A stretch of DNA of 64,000 nucleotides from Macrostomum lignano (taxonomy: Eukaryota), in assembly GCA_002269645.1 (NCBI GenBank), contig NIVC01002611.1, forward strand, positions 62,001 to 126,000, given 5' to 3'. Positions within the stretch are counted from its first letter, which is position 1. The number at the start of each line of letters is the position of its first letter. The translations under genes and the position numbers were made by a program. Positions 37,161 to 48,973 of the stretch are shown here, piece by piece. The notes under the pieces are model-generated. The model was not told where the DNA came from and made no database searches. It worked only from the letters and a program-made list of their open reading frames with translations.

Positions 37161-38203
37161 ATTCCGCCCCTATCAGCCAAGCCATTCCGCCCCTGTCAGC
37201 CAAGCCATTCCACCCCTGTCAGCCAAGCTATTCCGCCCCTGTCAGCCAAGCCAGTCCGCCCCTGTCAGCCAAGCCATTCCGCCCCTGTCAGCCAAGCCAT
37301 TCCGCCCCTGTCAGCCAAGCCATTCCGCCCCTGTCAGCCAAGCCATTCCGCCCCTGTCAGCCAAGCCATTCCGCCCCGGTCAGCCAAGCCATTCCGCCCC
37401 TGTCAGCCAAGCCATTCCGCCCCTGTCAGCCAAGCCATTCCGCCCCTATCAGCCAAGCCATTCCGCCCCGGTCAGCCAAGCCATTCCGCCCCTGTCAGCC
37501 AAGCCATTCCGCACCTATCAGCCAAGCCATTCCGCCCCTGTCAGCCAAGCCATTCCGCCCCTGTCAGCCAAGCCATTCCGCCCCTATCAGCCAAGCCATT
37601 CCGCCCCTGTCAGCCAAGCCATTCCGCCCCTGTCAGCCAAGCCATTCCGCCCCTGTCAGCCAAGCCATTCCGCCCCTGTCAGCCAAGCCATTCCGCCCCT
37701 GTCAGCCAAGCCATTCCGCCCCTGTCAGCCAAGCCATTCCGCCCCTATCAGCCAAGCCATTCCGCCCCTGTCAGCCAAGCCATTCCGCCCTTGTCAGCCA
37801 AGCCATTCCGCTTCTGTCAGCCAAGCCATTCCGCCCCTGTCAGCCAAGCCATTCCACCCCTGTCAGCCAAGCCATTCCGCCCCTGTCAGCCAAGCCATTC
37901 CGCTTCTGTCAGCCAAGCCATTCCGCCCCTGTCAGCCAAGCCATTCCGCTTCTGTCAGCCAAGCCATTCCGCCCCTGTCAGCCAAGCCATTCCGCTTCTG
38001 TCAGCCAAGCCATTCCGCCACTGTCAGCCAAGCCATTCCGCCCCTGTCAGCCAAGCCATTCCGCCCCTGTCAGCCAAGCCATTCCGCTTCTGTCAGCCAA
38101 GCCATTCCGCCACTGTCAGCCAAGCCATTCCGCCCCTGTCAGCCAAGCCATTCCGCCCCTGTCAGCCAAGCCATTCCGCCCCTATCAGCCAAGCCATTCC
38201 GCC

Positions 38204-39735
38204 CACAGACCATATAGAATATAGACTGCGAATCTCGGGGGCCTGCCCAGGCGCGTTGTGGGACAAAAAAGCAACACAAAAAATGGTCCTTCCACAAAGC
38301 CCCAACTTCGATCGATATGTGGGACAAAAAATGGGCAAGTGCAAGTTTTCAAGCTTGAAATTTACTAATTATAAAGAGTTTAAAACCCCAGGGAGGCAAA
38401 ATAAATGTAAATTAGATTTGAATTGAATTGATTGAATTGAAATTGAAATTGAAATTGATTTGAATTACAAGTTCCTTGCAAAAATATCCAGCAAAAAACC
38501 AATTAAAGCATTCTTATCCATGCAGCCTCAGCCAGCTTTCATAGTGTATCAAAAAAGAGAAAAGCGCCAGAAAGTGTGGCAACTATTGCTGTGCTCAGGG
38601 AGCTGAACAAGAAGCACCAGCGACTAAGGGCGCGGTCAAAGTCACTGACAGAAATTGTGAAAGTGCTGTAGGCAAAGAATATTGTGGATGAAGCTGAAGT
38701 TCGGCAATTTGCTTCCACGTTGCACTATTACAGTCCTAAGGCATACAAATACGTGAGAAACTTTTTCCAGCTTCCGCGCATCCATCTTCTTTACGGAAAT
38801 GGATCTCAAGTGTGTACGATGCCTTCCAGGATTCTGCGTCCAAGCATTCCAAGAACTATACGTATTCTGCTGAACACCGAAACGATTATTCGCCGCTCCA
38901 GCTTTGATAGCTGCTTTTCAAGCTCAATCGCTGTTTAAGAGACTTTGAATTAGAATTTCACTTTGAATTTCAACCGCTATTCTCTGAATTAGATTCGCAT
39001 TCAGCAGCTGTTAGCACAGGTATTGAGTCACACAAGCTGCAGCTGTTAGCACAGGTATTGAGTCACACAAGCTGCAGCTGTTAGCACAGGTATTGAGTCA
39101 CACAAGCTGCAGCTGTTAGCACAGGTATTGAGTCACACAAGCTGCAGCTGTTAGCACAGGTATTGAGTCACACAAGCTGCAGCTGTTAGCACAGGTATTG
39201 AGTCACACAAGCTGCAGCTGTTAGCACAGGTATTGAGTCACACAAGCTGCAGCTGTTAGCACAGGTATTGAGTCACACAAGCTGCAGCTGTTAGCACAGG
39301 TATCGAGTCACACAAGCTGCAGCTGTTGGCACAGGTATTGAGTCAAGAAAGTTATGAGCATTTTTTACATCAGAATTCGCATGAAGAAAATTGCGAAAGA
39401 CATGTCGCACTTATTAAGAAAGGCAGGAAGGAGACAGAAAGCTGCTGCGCACAGCAATTTTTCTTAATCTGAAAGCTGGGACTTCGAAGGACATTTCGGG
39501 GTAATTTAATTTAATTTCATTACTTTTATGTATTTGGTTTTCATGGCGTTTTATGTAAAAAAAAAGAAAAAATGTATCTCAATTGCATGTGTCCAATAGG
39601 AGCACAATGGAAAAGAGGCCCGCCCTGTACCACATATCGATCGAGCTGGGGTGGGTGAGAGGGACCAGTTTCTTATGGGGGAAAATGGCCCACTTTTTTC
39701 TTCACTTTACTGGTCTATATTCTATATGGTCTGTG
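38204..39735 (+). mobile_element. Non-autonomous P-element/THAP9-type DNA transposon, copy 2
   Basis: Near-identical to copy 1 at offset 2576 bp, with the same TIRs and ATTCCGCC flanks; one fewer A in a homopolymer near 39570. Confidence 0.9.
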
Positions 39736-41060
39736 ATTCCGCCCCTATCAGCCAAGCCATTCCGCCCCTGTCAGCCAAGCCATTCCACCCCTGTCAGCCA
39801 AGCTATTCCGCCCCTGTCAGCCAAGCCAGTCCGCCCCTGTCAGCCAAGCCATTCCGCCCCTGTCAGCCAAGCCATTCCGCCCCTGTCAGCCAAGCCATTC
39901 CGCCCCTGTCAGCCAAGCCATTCCGCCCCTGTCAGCCAAGCCATTCCGCCCCGGTCAGCCAAGCCATTCCGCCCCTGTCAGCCAAGCCATTCCGCCCCTG
40001 TCAGCCAAGCCATTCCGCCCCTATCAGCCAAGCCATTCCGCCCCGGTCAGCCAAGCCATTCCGCCCCTGTCAGCCAAGCCATTCCGCACCTATCAGCCAA
40101 GCCATTCCGCCCCTGTCAGCCAAGCCATTCCGCCCCTGTCAGCCAAGCCATTCCGCCCCTATCAGCCAAGCCATTCCGCCCCTGTCAGCCAAGCCATTCC
40201 GCCCCTGTCAGCCAAGCCATTCCGCCCCTGTCAGCCAAGCCATTCCGCCCCTGTCAGCCAAGCCATTCCGCCCCTGTCAGCCAAGCCATTCCGCCCCTGT
40301 CAGCCAAGCCATTCCGCCCCTATCAGCCAAGCCATTCCGCCCCTGTCAGCCAAGCCATTCCGCCCTTGTCAGCCAAGCCATTCCGCTTCTGTCAGCCAAG
40401 CCATTCCGCCCCTGTCAGCCAAGCCATTCCACCCCTGTCAGCCAAGCTATTCCGCCCCTGTCAGCCAAGCCAGTCCGCCCCTGTCAGCCAAGCCATTCCG
40501 CCCCTGTCAGCCAAGCCATTCCGCCCCTGTCAGCCAAGCCATTCCGCCCCTGTCAGCCAAGCCATTCCGCCCCTGTCAGCCAAGCCATTCCGCCCCTGTC
40601 AGCCAAGCCATTCCACCCTTGTCAGCCAAGCCATTCCGCCCCTGTCAGCCAAGCCATTCCGCCCTTGTCAGCCAAGCCATTCCGCCCCTGTCAGCCAAGC
40701 CATTCCGCCCCTGTCAGCCAAGCAATTCCGCTTCTGTCAGCCAAGCCATTCCGCCCCTGTCAGCCAAGCCATTCCGCCCCTGTCAGCCAAGCCATTCCGC
40801 CCTTGTCAGCCAAGCCATTCCGCCCCTGTCAGCCAAGCCATTCCGCCCCTGTCAGCCAAGCAATTCCGCCCCTATCAGCCAAGCCATTCCGCCCCTGTCA
40901 GCCAAGCCATTCCGCCCCTGTCAGCCAAGCCATTCCGCCCCTGTCAGCCAAGCCATTCCGCCCCTGTCAGCCAAGCCATTCCGCCCCTGTCAGCCAAGCC
41001 ATTCCGCCCCTGTCAGCCAAGCCATTCCGCACTTCAGTTATAAGCCAAACAAGCTCTCAC

Positions 41061-41577
41061 CGCCGCCACAATAGGTGAGCCGCTGGCGCATGTACTCGCG
41101 CTGCAGCTCGGTGACGCCCAGAGCGCGCTCCCCGCTGAGCAGTGCGCCAAGGAGCAGCTCGGAAGCAGCCGCGTGATTCAGCAGCAGGTCCACAACGGCC
41201 TGATGCCCATTCCAAGTGGCGTACTCGCCGGCACAATGGTACTGGCGATCAACAGCGTTCCAGGGAGCGCCATTGTCCAGCAGGCAGCGGACTGTGTCCG
41301 CGCTGCCAGAGGCTGCGGCTGCCATCAGCACGGACATGCCGGTGCGGTGGTCCTGGTAGCACGGATCGGCGCCCGTCTCCGCTAGTAGGCGGCGAACCGT
41401 CTTTACGTCACCTTTGCTAGCAGCAAGCACCAGCTGGACATCGTCCGGAGACGGCTCCCAGCAGGTGGCGGATTCCTCCTCAACTGGACAGTCACCGTTG
41501 CTGCCGTCCGGAGGCTGCCGGGACGGCGAGGCTGCCTTGCGTTTGCGCGACTCCACTGTTGACGTCTCGGCTTCCAT
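41061..41577 (-). CDS. RMT2: RMT2-type arginine N-methyltransferase, exon 1 (ankyrin repeats)
   Basis: MEAETSTVESRKRK...LVLAASKGDVKTVRRLL...SVLMAAAASG...LLDNGAPWNAVD...AGEYA...; donor G|GTGAG in phase 1. The GAPWNAxD motif is typical of Rmt2. Confidence 0.88.
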
Positions 41578-42144
41578 GCGGGTGCGCGGGCTGCGAAGCG
41601 AAATTTGGGACACTTTGCAACAGCCTGCACCTGTCTATAGAGTTGCTGCAACTGCCTGCACCTGTCTATAGAGTTGGTGCAACAGCCTGCATCTGTCTAT
41701 AGTTTCTTCAGCAGCCTGCTTTCTAATCTCGAGACTCTGCAACTAACCTGCACTGCAAGAGAAAAGATGAGTTAAATAAAACAAGATTAATGAAGGACAA
41801 TATTTGTCAGTGCCACACAGTGTTACACTGGCATAGCATAATGCATCATGTTTTCATCGTACATTGCGCGAAAGTTGACAAACACGACAAAATATGAAAT
41901 TTACGTACGAGCTCGTAGTTGACATTATAATGTACATGACTGTACATGAATATTTTATTATACATCAAGATCCAACCGTGTCAGAGGCCGCAGGAAGCAG
42001 CAGGTATACATCTAGATATACCAAGACAGGTCGCAATAGTAGGCAATAAGCTTATTACAATAGAAAATTATTTTTTAAAGAGGTGAAGAAGAGATTGCCG
42101 ACATGGGGAAATTTCTAAGAAATGTTCTGTAAGAGGCATGGCAG

Positions 42145-42340
42145 GAGCAGGCAGACACAAGAGACAGGAGTTCAGAGAGGACCAGACAGACACAAGAGAC
42201 AGGAGTTCAGAGAGGACCAGGCAGACACAAGAGACAGGAGTTCAGAGAGGACCAGACAGACACAAGAGACAAGTTCAGAGGGAACCAGACAGACACAAGA
42301 GACAAGTTCAGAGGGAACCAGACGGACACAAGAGACATAA
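42145..42340. repeat. ~35-bp tandem repeat downstream of the MFAP1 stop codon
   Basis: GACACAAGAGACAGGAGTTCAGAGAGGACCAGACA units. Confidence 0.9.
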
Positions 42341-42430
42341 TAGAACTACAAAAGTTGATCTGCTGCCCCAAGAATCTGCAGTCCATCCTCACTCCAGCAG
42401 AAGCAGATTAGCAATGAATGGCAGAACAAA

Positions 42431-42928
42431 TCAAACGCCAGATCGCTTGGCGCTAGGCCGCTGCAGCACCGCTCGCATGCCGCCGCCTTTGACAGAATGA
42501 AACCGCTGCGCCTGGGCGCTGTCCACCGCCCAAGGATTGTCCGTCCCGGTTGTGTCCTGATCAACCAGATGCGTGTACTTTGTCCGGCCAGCCCGGCCAA
42601 AGTTCTTCACCTGCATAACCTTGGGCAACACGCTTTTGTCAAAGTGGTCCTCCAGCGTTGGCTTGGTGACGTCGCGGCGCAACAAGTCGTTGTCGCCGTC
42701 CAAGAAGAAAGCGCCGCGGTGGTAGTACTTCTGCAGATACTTGTACTTGCCTTTGTCCGCCTTGTTGTCGATTACCTTCGGCCGTCTGCGCTGCTCGGCC
42801 AGCCGCTCCTCTTCCGTCATGTTGCGCAGCCGCTGCAGCTCCTCCTGCTCTCGCTGGCGGGCCTCGCGTTCCTCTCTGTCGCGCTTCAGCCGCTTCAGCT
42901 CGCGCAGCTTCCACGCCTCATAGGCCAC
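42431..42928 (-). CDS. MFAP1: MFAP1 exon 2
   Basis: CAG|VAYEAWKLRELKRLKRDREE...KYLQKYYHRGAFF...DKSVLPKVMQVKNFGRAGRTKYTHLVDQDTT; stop TGA. Confidence 0.96.
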   Translation of the reverse strand: MAYEAWKLRELKRLKRDREEREARQREQEELQRLRNMTEEERLAEQRRRPKVIDNKADKGKYKYLQKYYHRGAFFLDGDNDLLRRDVTKPTLEDHFDKSVLPKVMQVKNFGRAGRTKYTHLVDQDTTGTDNPWAVDSAQAQRFHSVKGGGMRAVLQRPSAKRSGV

Positions 42929-42999
42929 CTGAGGTGCGGGAAATGTTTGAAATAGCAAACCATTGTAGAAGAGCATCTTGTATGACATCACACAAAAGA

Positions 43000-43210
43000 A
43001 GAGATTGTTTCCAGATCTCGTACTAGAAAAGATTCTTGCCCCATCTTCTAGGAGAAGAGATTGTTTCCAAAGCTTGTACTAGAAAAAATCATTGTCCCAT
43101 CTTCTAGAAGACATTGTTTCCAGATTTTGTACTAGAAAAGATTCTTGTCACCTCTTTTAGGAGAAGAGAAGACCATTTTTAGCAGATGGATTGTTTCCAG
43201 ATCTTGTACG
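43000..43210. repeat. ~55-60-bp degenerate tandem repeat in the MFAP1 intron
   Basis: GATTGTTTCCAGAT...GTACTAGAAAA units. Confidence 0.8.
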
Positions 43211-43463
43211 TAAGAAAAGTCTTTTAAGATATTTTTGAAGATGAAATTTGTCTCTCTCTACATCTTTTAGGATAGGGATTTTTTCTAAATCTTCATCTAG
43301 TAGATCTCCTTAGATATTCGATTCTAGGAAATAAGATTTCTTCCAAGATCTTTTAGAAGAGAAAATTTTCCTATCTGCTAAAAGAGAAGAATCTAGCTTC
43401 CCAGATCTACTAGGAGAAGAGAAAACAACAGATTGAACTGAATGCATGAGCTGCCGCTCAGAC

Positions 43464-44573
43464 CTCGTCGTCCTCTTCGTCGGCCGAATCGACGTTGTCG
43501 AACGCTGCAGCCAGGGCCTTCGCCTCCTCGGCCTCTTGGCGCGCCTCCGCCCGCACGAGTTGCAGCGTGGTCGAACGCCGCTCCTCGGCCACGTACGACG
43601 GCGTTTCCGTTGATGCCACGGCCGACGCGCCGCCGGTGGGAGCTTCGCTGGCGCTAGCGGGCACGGCCGGGCCCTGCTGGCCGACTGTGACCCGGTCGCG
43701 CCGGCGGACAAACACCGGCTTGAGCCGCGGCTGGGCCTCGTCCTCGTCGCTGGTGTACTCCTCCTCAGTTAATTCCTCGTCTCCGTCGCTGCCAGCGCCG
43801 CTGCTGCCGCTGCCGGCCGCGCCGCCCTCTTCCTGGCGGGCCATCAGTTCCTCTTCGACTTCGCGCTGCTTGGCGCGCATCCGCAGCATCGCGCGCCGGT
43901 GTTCCAGCTCGGCCTCGTCCAGCTGCTCTTCGTCGTCTTCGTTGGCGCCACCGCCGGCAGCGGCGGAGCCTCTCTGCTGTTGCTGCTGCTGCTGGTGATG
44001 GTGATCGTAGCCGCCAACGTCGGCGACGGCCTCGCCGCGGTAGCGCCGGTGCCGCTCAAGCCGGTCCAGCTCCTCCTCGTCGGAGTCGTCCGAGTAGCCC
44101 GACCCGTCGTCGTCGCCGGCCTCCGAGTCGTCTTCGTCGTCGTCTTCGTCGGCTGCAGCTCCTCGGCGGCGGCGTCGGCCGGCGCGCGAACCGGCCGCCG
44201 CCATCAGGCGTTGAAGCCGACGATCGCGCGGATCGGCCGTCAACTCGGACACGGCCGGCCTGGCTGACGGGTGTCCGGCCGCGACCGGTTCTCTCCTTGG
44301 ACGAACGAACGGGTCGTCGGCTGAGGCGGCGGACGCTCGCGGGCGCCTGTCCAGCTGCTCGCCCTGCTGCTCGTCGTCATAGTCGGAGTCGTCCTCGCCG
44401 CCGCCGCCAGCGCCGCCGTCGCCAAAGTCCGGCCGCTTGCCGGCTACGTAGCGCTTCACTTTCACTTTTTCTAAGTACATCTCGCCCTTCTCTGTGCGCA
44501 CTGGCACCGCGCCGGCCGTGCTGAGCACCGGGACTCGGGAGCGCCAATTGGCCAGATTTCTGCGGAAGCTCAT
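43464..44573 (-). CDS. MFAP1: MFAP1 (spliceosomal B-complex protein, Spp381-like), exon 1
   Basis: STAGAVPVRTEKGEMYLEKVKVKRYVAGKRPD and QPRLKPVFVRRRDRVTV motifs; donor GAG|GTCTGA in phase 0 (weak donor, boundary slightly uncertain). Confidence 0.92.
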
Positions 44574-44959
44574 TGCTGCTCCTAGTAGCTTCAATTAATA
44601 TGTGTTGATTGTCTGCTGTCTCTGTCTAGATTTTCTAGCGAGATTCAAAATGTTCTTCAGCATAAATACGAAATGGCAGTGAAATGGCATCAGAATTCAT
44701 GGTAGATTAGTGCAGTGAATGATGAATTTTGAGCCCCATAGCAAGATGGGCTTGTCTATTAGGGATTAGCGTTAGTTGAGGGAAGAATTTCCCACTTTAA
44801 GTGATATAGGGAATTTCCTACTCAGACAAGAGAATTTTTTCTTCGAAAATGGAATTTCTTATTCAAAGAAATGAAGTTCCCATCCAAAGAAGGGAATTCT
44901 AACTTAAAGAATGGAATTTCTTACTCAAAGAAGGAAATATTCAACCTAAAAACAGGGAA

Positions 44960-45290
44960 TTTCCCACTCAAAGGGAATTTTTCACTCAAAGAAGGGAGTT
45001 TTTCACTCAAAGAAGGGAGTTTTTCACTCAAAGAAGGGAATTTTTCACTCAAAAAAGGGAATTTTTCACTCAAAGAAGGGAATTTTTCACTCAAAGAAGG
45101 GAATTTTTCACTCAAAGAAGGGAGTTTTTCACTCAAAGAAGGGAGTTTTTCACTCAAAGAAGGGAATTTTTCACTCAAAAAAGGGAATTTTTCACTCAAA
45201 GAAGGGAATTTTTCACTCAAAGAAGGGAGTTTTTCACTCAAAGAAGGGAATTTTTCACTCAAAGAAGGGAATTTTTCACTCAAAGAAATG
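44960..45290. repeat. 21-bp minisatellite upstream of MFAP1
   Basis: Unit AAAGAAGGGAATTTTTCACTC. Confidence 0.95.
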
Positions 45291-46304
45291 AAGTTTCCAT
45301 CCAAAGGGAACTTTCCACCCAAGGCAGGAATTTCTCACATAAAGAAGGGAATTACCCACTCAAAATAAGAGAATTACTTATTAAAAAAGAAAGAGTATAA
45401 TTTCAATCCTGATGCTAATGGTAGATTTTTTCACTCTAATAAGTAGACTAAGTGTCCAATTAAAGACGAATAATTAAAAAAAAGGTTTAAAAAATCGATT
45501 CAATATAGCGAGTTTAAACAGACGTTATAACATCAAAGTATATTTATATAGCTAAATAATAACAAGTGTACAAATACAGGTAAATAGCGCTTGAGAATAG
45601 AAGGCCAAGTCAAGCAGACCATGGCCCGAGATGCATTGATAAAGAACAGTGCACAGATAAAGTTTTAATCGCGATGACTGAGCTGCATGACGGATGATGA
45701 TGAGGGAAATCAATGGCATCAACTATGCGAGTCAGTGAGCATCACAAATCATCACCATTCACTTAGGGCAATACGTCGTAGTAGCCCTCAGGCCTAAAAA
45801 ATTGTAATAATAAACCTAGCAAGCTATAAAACACAATTTAGCGGAAATACTGAACTGCATATATTTATGATTCTGTTTCCATAGCAACAAGTTCATAAGG
45901 CGCGTGCTCGAGTATAGAAAAGACCGGGTTAGTTTAGTATAGTACAAATGAGGTGATTGACACCTGTGATAGAATAAATAGTTCCACAAAGGTCATGTTG
46001 CTGTGCTCCATCTGTGCGATCATTCAGCAGTAATAAAACTGTACAAGGTGAGAGAGAGTATAGATAAGCTACTAACAGTAGCAAAGATGACACAATTAAA
46101 AGAAATAGGTGAAGCAGCAGTTAAGAGAGGTAACACAAGTGCGCTGATAAATGCTATAATACCAGCTACATTTAGTAATAAATAGATGATAAATATTATA
46201 TAAAACTACTAAATCCGACTGATAAGTCATGTTAACATTGAAATTTCGCATTTTCAACACTGAAGTCGTAATCCTCGAGTTAGAATCGGACATTTGAACC
46301 TCCT

Positions 46305-47105
46305 TCCTGGCTACTACCCTAGCAACCATCAGCTGGTAAACCTGGCTACTACCCTAGCAACCATCAGCTGGTAAACCTGGCTACTACCCTAGCAACCATC
46401 AGCTGGTAAACCTGGCTACTACCCTAGCAACCATCAGCTGGTAAACCTGGCTACTACCCTAGCAACCATCAGCTGGTAAACCTGGCTACTACCCTAGCAA
46501 CCATCAGCTGGTAAACCTTCACCTGGGCTACCCTAGCAACCATCAGCTGGTAAACCTGGCTACTACCCTAGCAACCATCAGCTGGTAAACCTGGCTACTA
46601 CCCTAGCAACCATCAGCTGGTAAACCTTCACCTGGGCTACCCTAGCAACCATCAGCTGGTAAACCTGGCTACTACCCTAGCAACCATCAGCTGGTAAACC
46701 TGGCTACTACCCTAGCAACCATCAGCTGGTAAACCTTCACCTGGGCTACCCTAGCAACCATCAGCTGGTAAACCTTGCTACTACCCTAGCAACCATCAGC
46801 TGGTAAACCTGACTACTACCCTAGCAACCATCAGCTGGTAAACCTGACTACTACCCTAGCAACCATCAGCTGGTAAACCTGACTACTACCCTAGCAACCA
46901 TTAGCTGGTAAACCTTCACCTAGGCTACCCTAGCAACCATCAGCTGGTAAACCTTCACCTGGGCTACCCTAGCAACCATCAGCTGGTAAACCTTCACCTG
47001 GGCTACCCTAGCAACCATCAGCTGGTAAACCTTCACCTGGGCTACCCTAGCAACCATCAGCTGGTAAACCTTCACCTGGGCTACCCTAGCAACCATCAGC
47101 TGGTG
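46305..47105. repeat. 35/39-bp minisatellite
   Basis: CTACCCTAGCAACCATCAGCTGGTAAAC core with two spacer variants. Confidence 0.96.
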
Positions 47106-47797
47106 AACCCGAGTTCCAGGTATTCCAATCCCAAATTTATCTAAAAAACTGACTCGCTCGTCAAACTCTTTTGACGAATTGAAAAAGGCAAATATACCAA
47201 TGAACTAAGAGCGTGACACACGAGACCAGAAAAGTAGAACATCAAAAACTTAATGATATATTATTATTAATTTTGTGATACATCAATAGCGGCCAAATAA
47301 AAATCATTTTACAAAGTATATAATCGATTGCGCAAATAAAATAGAATAAAAGCATATGATATGTATGCATTAAGCGTACCAGTTATTAACCTTTGATTTT
47401 CTTGCAGTTCTATCAGTTTTGTTAATAATTATCATTTGGCTTCTGCTTCGACAAGCCCTTACTTAATGTTGATCTGTTATTAGTTATTCGGAATATAAAA
47501 TACAGCTAGGCAGACAAGCGGATAGGTTAAAATAAAACATATAACAATTGAAGGCCACCCAGGTGAACTAAAGGCTTAAATACTAATTAATATAAGCGTG
47601 CATCATGAGTATAGATTATGAAGATGGACACAACTGACAATTAATTTGAGTTCAAGCATAAATACAATGATAAAAATAGGACTCAAAAAACGCAAAACGT
47701 CTGTGATTCTATGTGCCTGTGTACATGCACTTTAGCGCGCCGTTAAGACAGACACTGAGGTAACAGAGGGTGACAAACACGGCATTTACACGCAAGC

Positions 47798-48916
47798 CCC
47801 GATGAAAACGCTACCCAGGCCAAGAAGCGTCCAGAGTCACTTGCACGAAAGAAGTGACTCCACAGACGATTCCGAAACGACGAGATGTCACGGTACAAGT
47901 CGCCCAAAAGTCGTCAAAGAGTGCACATTTTCCACTGGTCAATTTCCCATGACCTGACCTATTTCCATGACCTGAACAATTTCCATGACCTGACCCATTT
48001 CCATGACCTGACCCATTTCGATGACCTGACCCATTTTCCATGATCTGACACATTTCCATGACTTGACCCATTTCCATGACTTGACCCATTTCCATGACCT
48101 GACCAATTTCCATGACTTGACCCATTTCAATGACCTGACCCATTTTCCGTGACCTGACCTACTTCCCATGACCTGACCTATTTCGATGACCCGACCCATT
48201 TCAATGACCTGATCCATTTCCATGACCTGACCTATTTCCCATGACCTGACCCATTCGATGACTTAACCAATTTAAACAGGATTAATCAACATTAATCCAT
48301 GACCTGACTCATTTCGATGACTTGACCCATTTCGATGACCTGACCAATTTCCATGACCTGACCCATTTCGATGACCTGACCCATTTCGATGACCTGACCA
48401 ATTTCCATGACCTGACTCATTTCGATGACTTGACCCATTTCGATGACCTGACCAATTTCCATGACCTGACCCATTTCGATGACCTGACCCATTTCGATGA
48501 CCTGACCCATTTCGATGACCTGACCCATTTCGATGACCTGACCAATTTCCATGAACTGACCCATTTCCATGACTTGACCCATTTCGATGACCTGACCCAT
48601 TTCCATGACCTGACCAATTTCCATGACCTGACCAATTTCCATGAACTGACCCATTTCCATGACCTGACCAATTTCCCATGACCTGACCCATTTCCATGAC
48701 CTGACCGATTTCCATTTCCATGACCTGACCCATTTCGATGACCTGACCCATAGTGAAAGTTAAGCGCCTACAAAACGACTCTTGGATGACTCTTTCGCGC
48801 CTCTTTTATACGATTGCACAACTCACTTGTGACGCAACAATCGCCTCTAACTACGCGAATCACTAGCGAGTTGTTTGCAACGACCTTTTTAGCGAGTCTT
48901 CAACGTTTTCAACGGG
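47798..48916. mobile_element. Non-autonomous TIR element (CMC/EnSpm-like) swollen by an internal minisatellite
   Basis: Ends CCCGATGAAAACG ... CGTTTTCAACGGG; 3-bp direct flank AGC on both sides; ~19-20-bp repeat (CCATTTCCATGACCTGAC-type) at ~47945-48750. Confidence 0.65.
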
Positions 48917-48973
48917 AGCGAAACAAGTCAGTGTACAACAGTTAGACAGAGACTATACAAGAGGCGATACAGA

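Larger units (their letters stand above)
35245..41030. repeat. 23-bp minisatellite in the RMT2 intron, split into three blocks by P-like elements
   Basis: Unit CAGCCAAGCCATTCCGCCCCTGT; blocks ~35245-35627, 37161-38203 and 39736-41030. Confidence 0.98.

Noticed and set aside
37008-41078. Long SAKPFRPCQPSH-repeat ORFs (up to 486 aa)
   Set aside because: Translations of the 23-bp intronic minisatellite, antisense to RMT2; they begin within the P-element end.
47811-48751. NGSGH- and EMGQV-repeat ORFs
   Set aside because: Translation of the minisatellite inside the TIR element.
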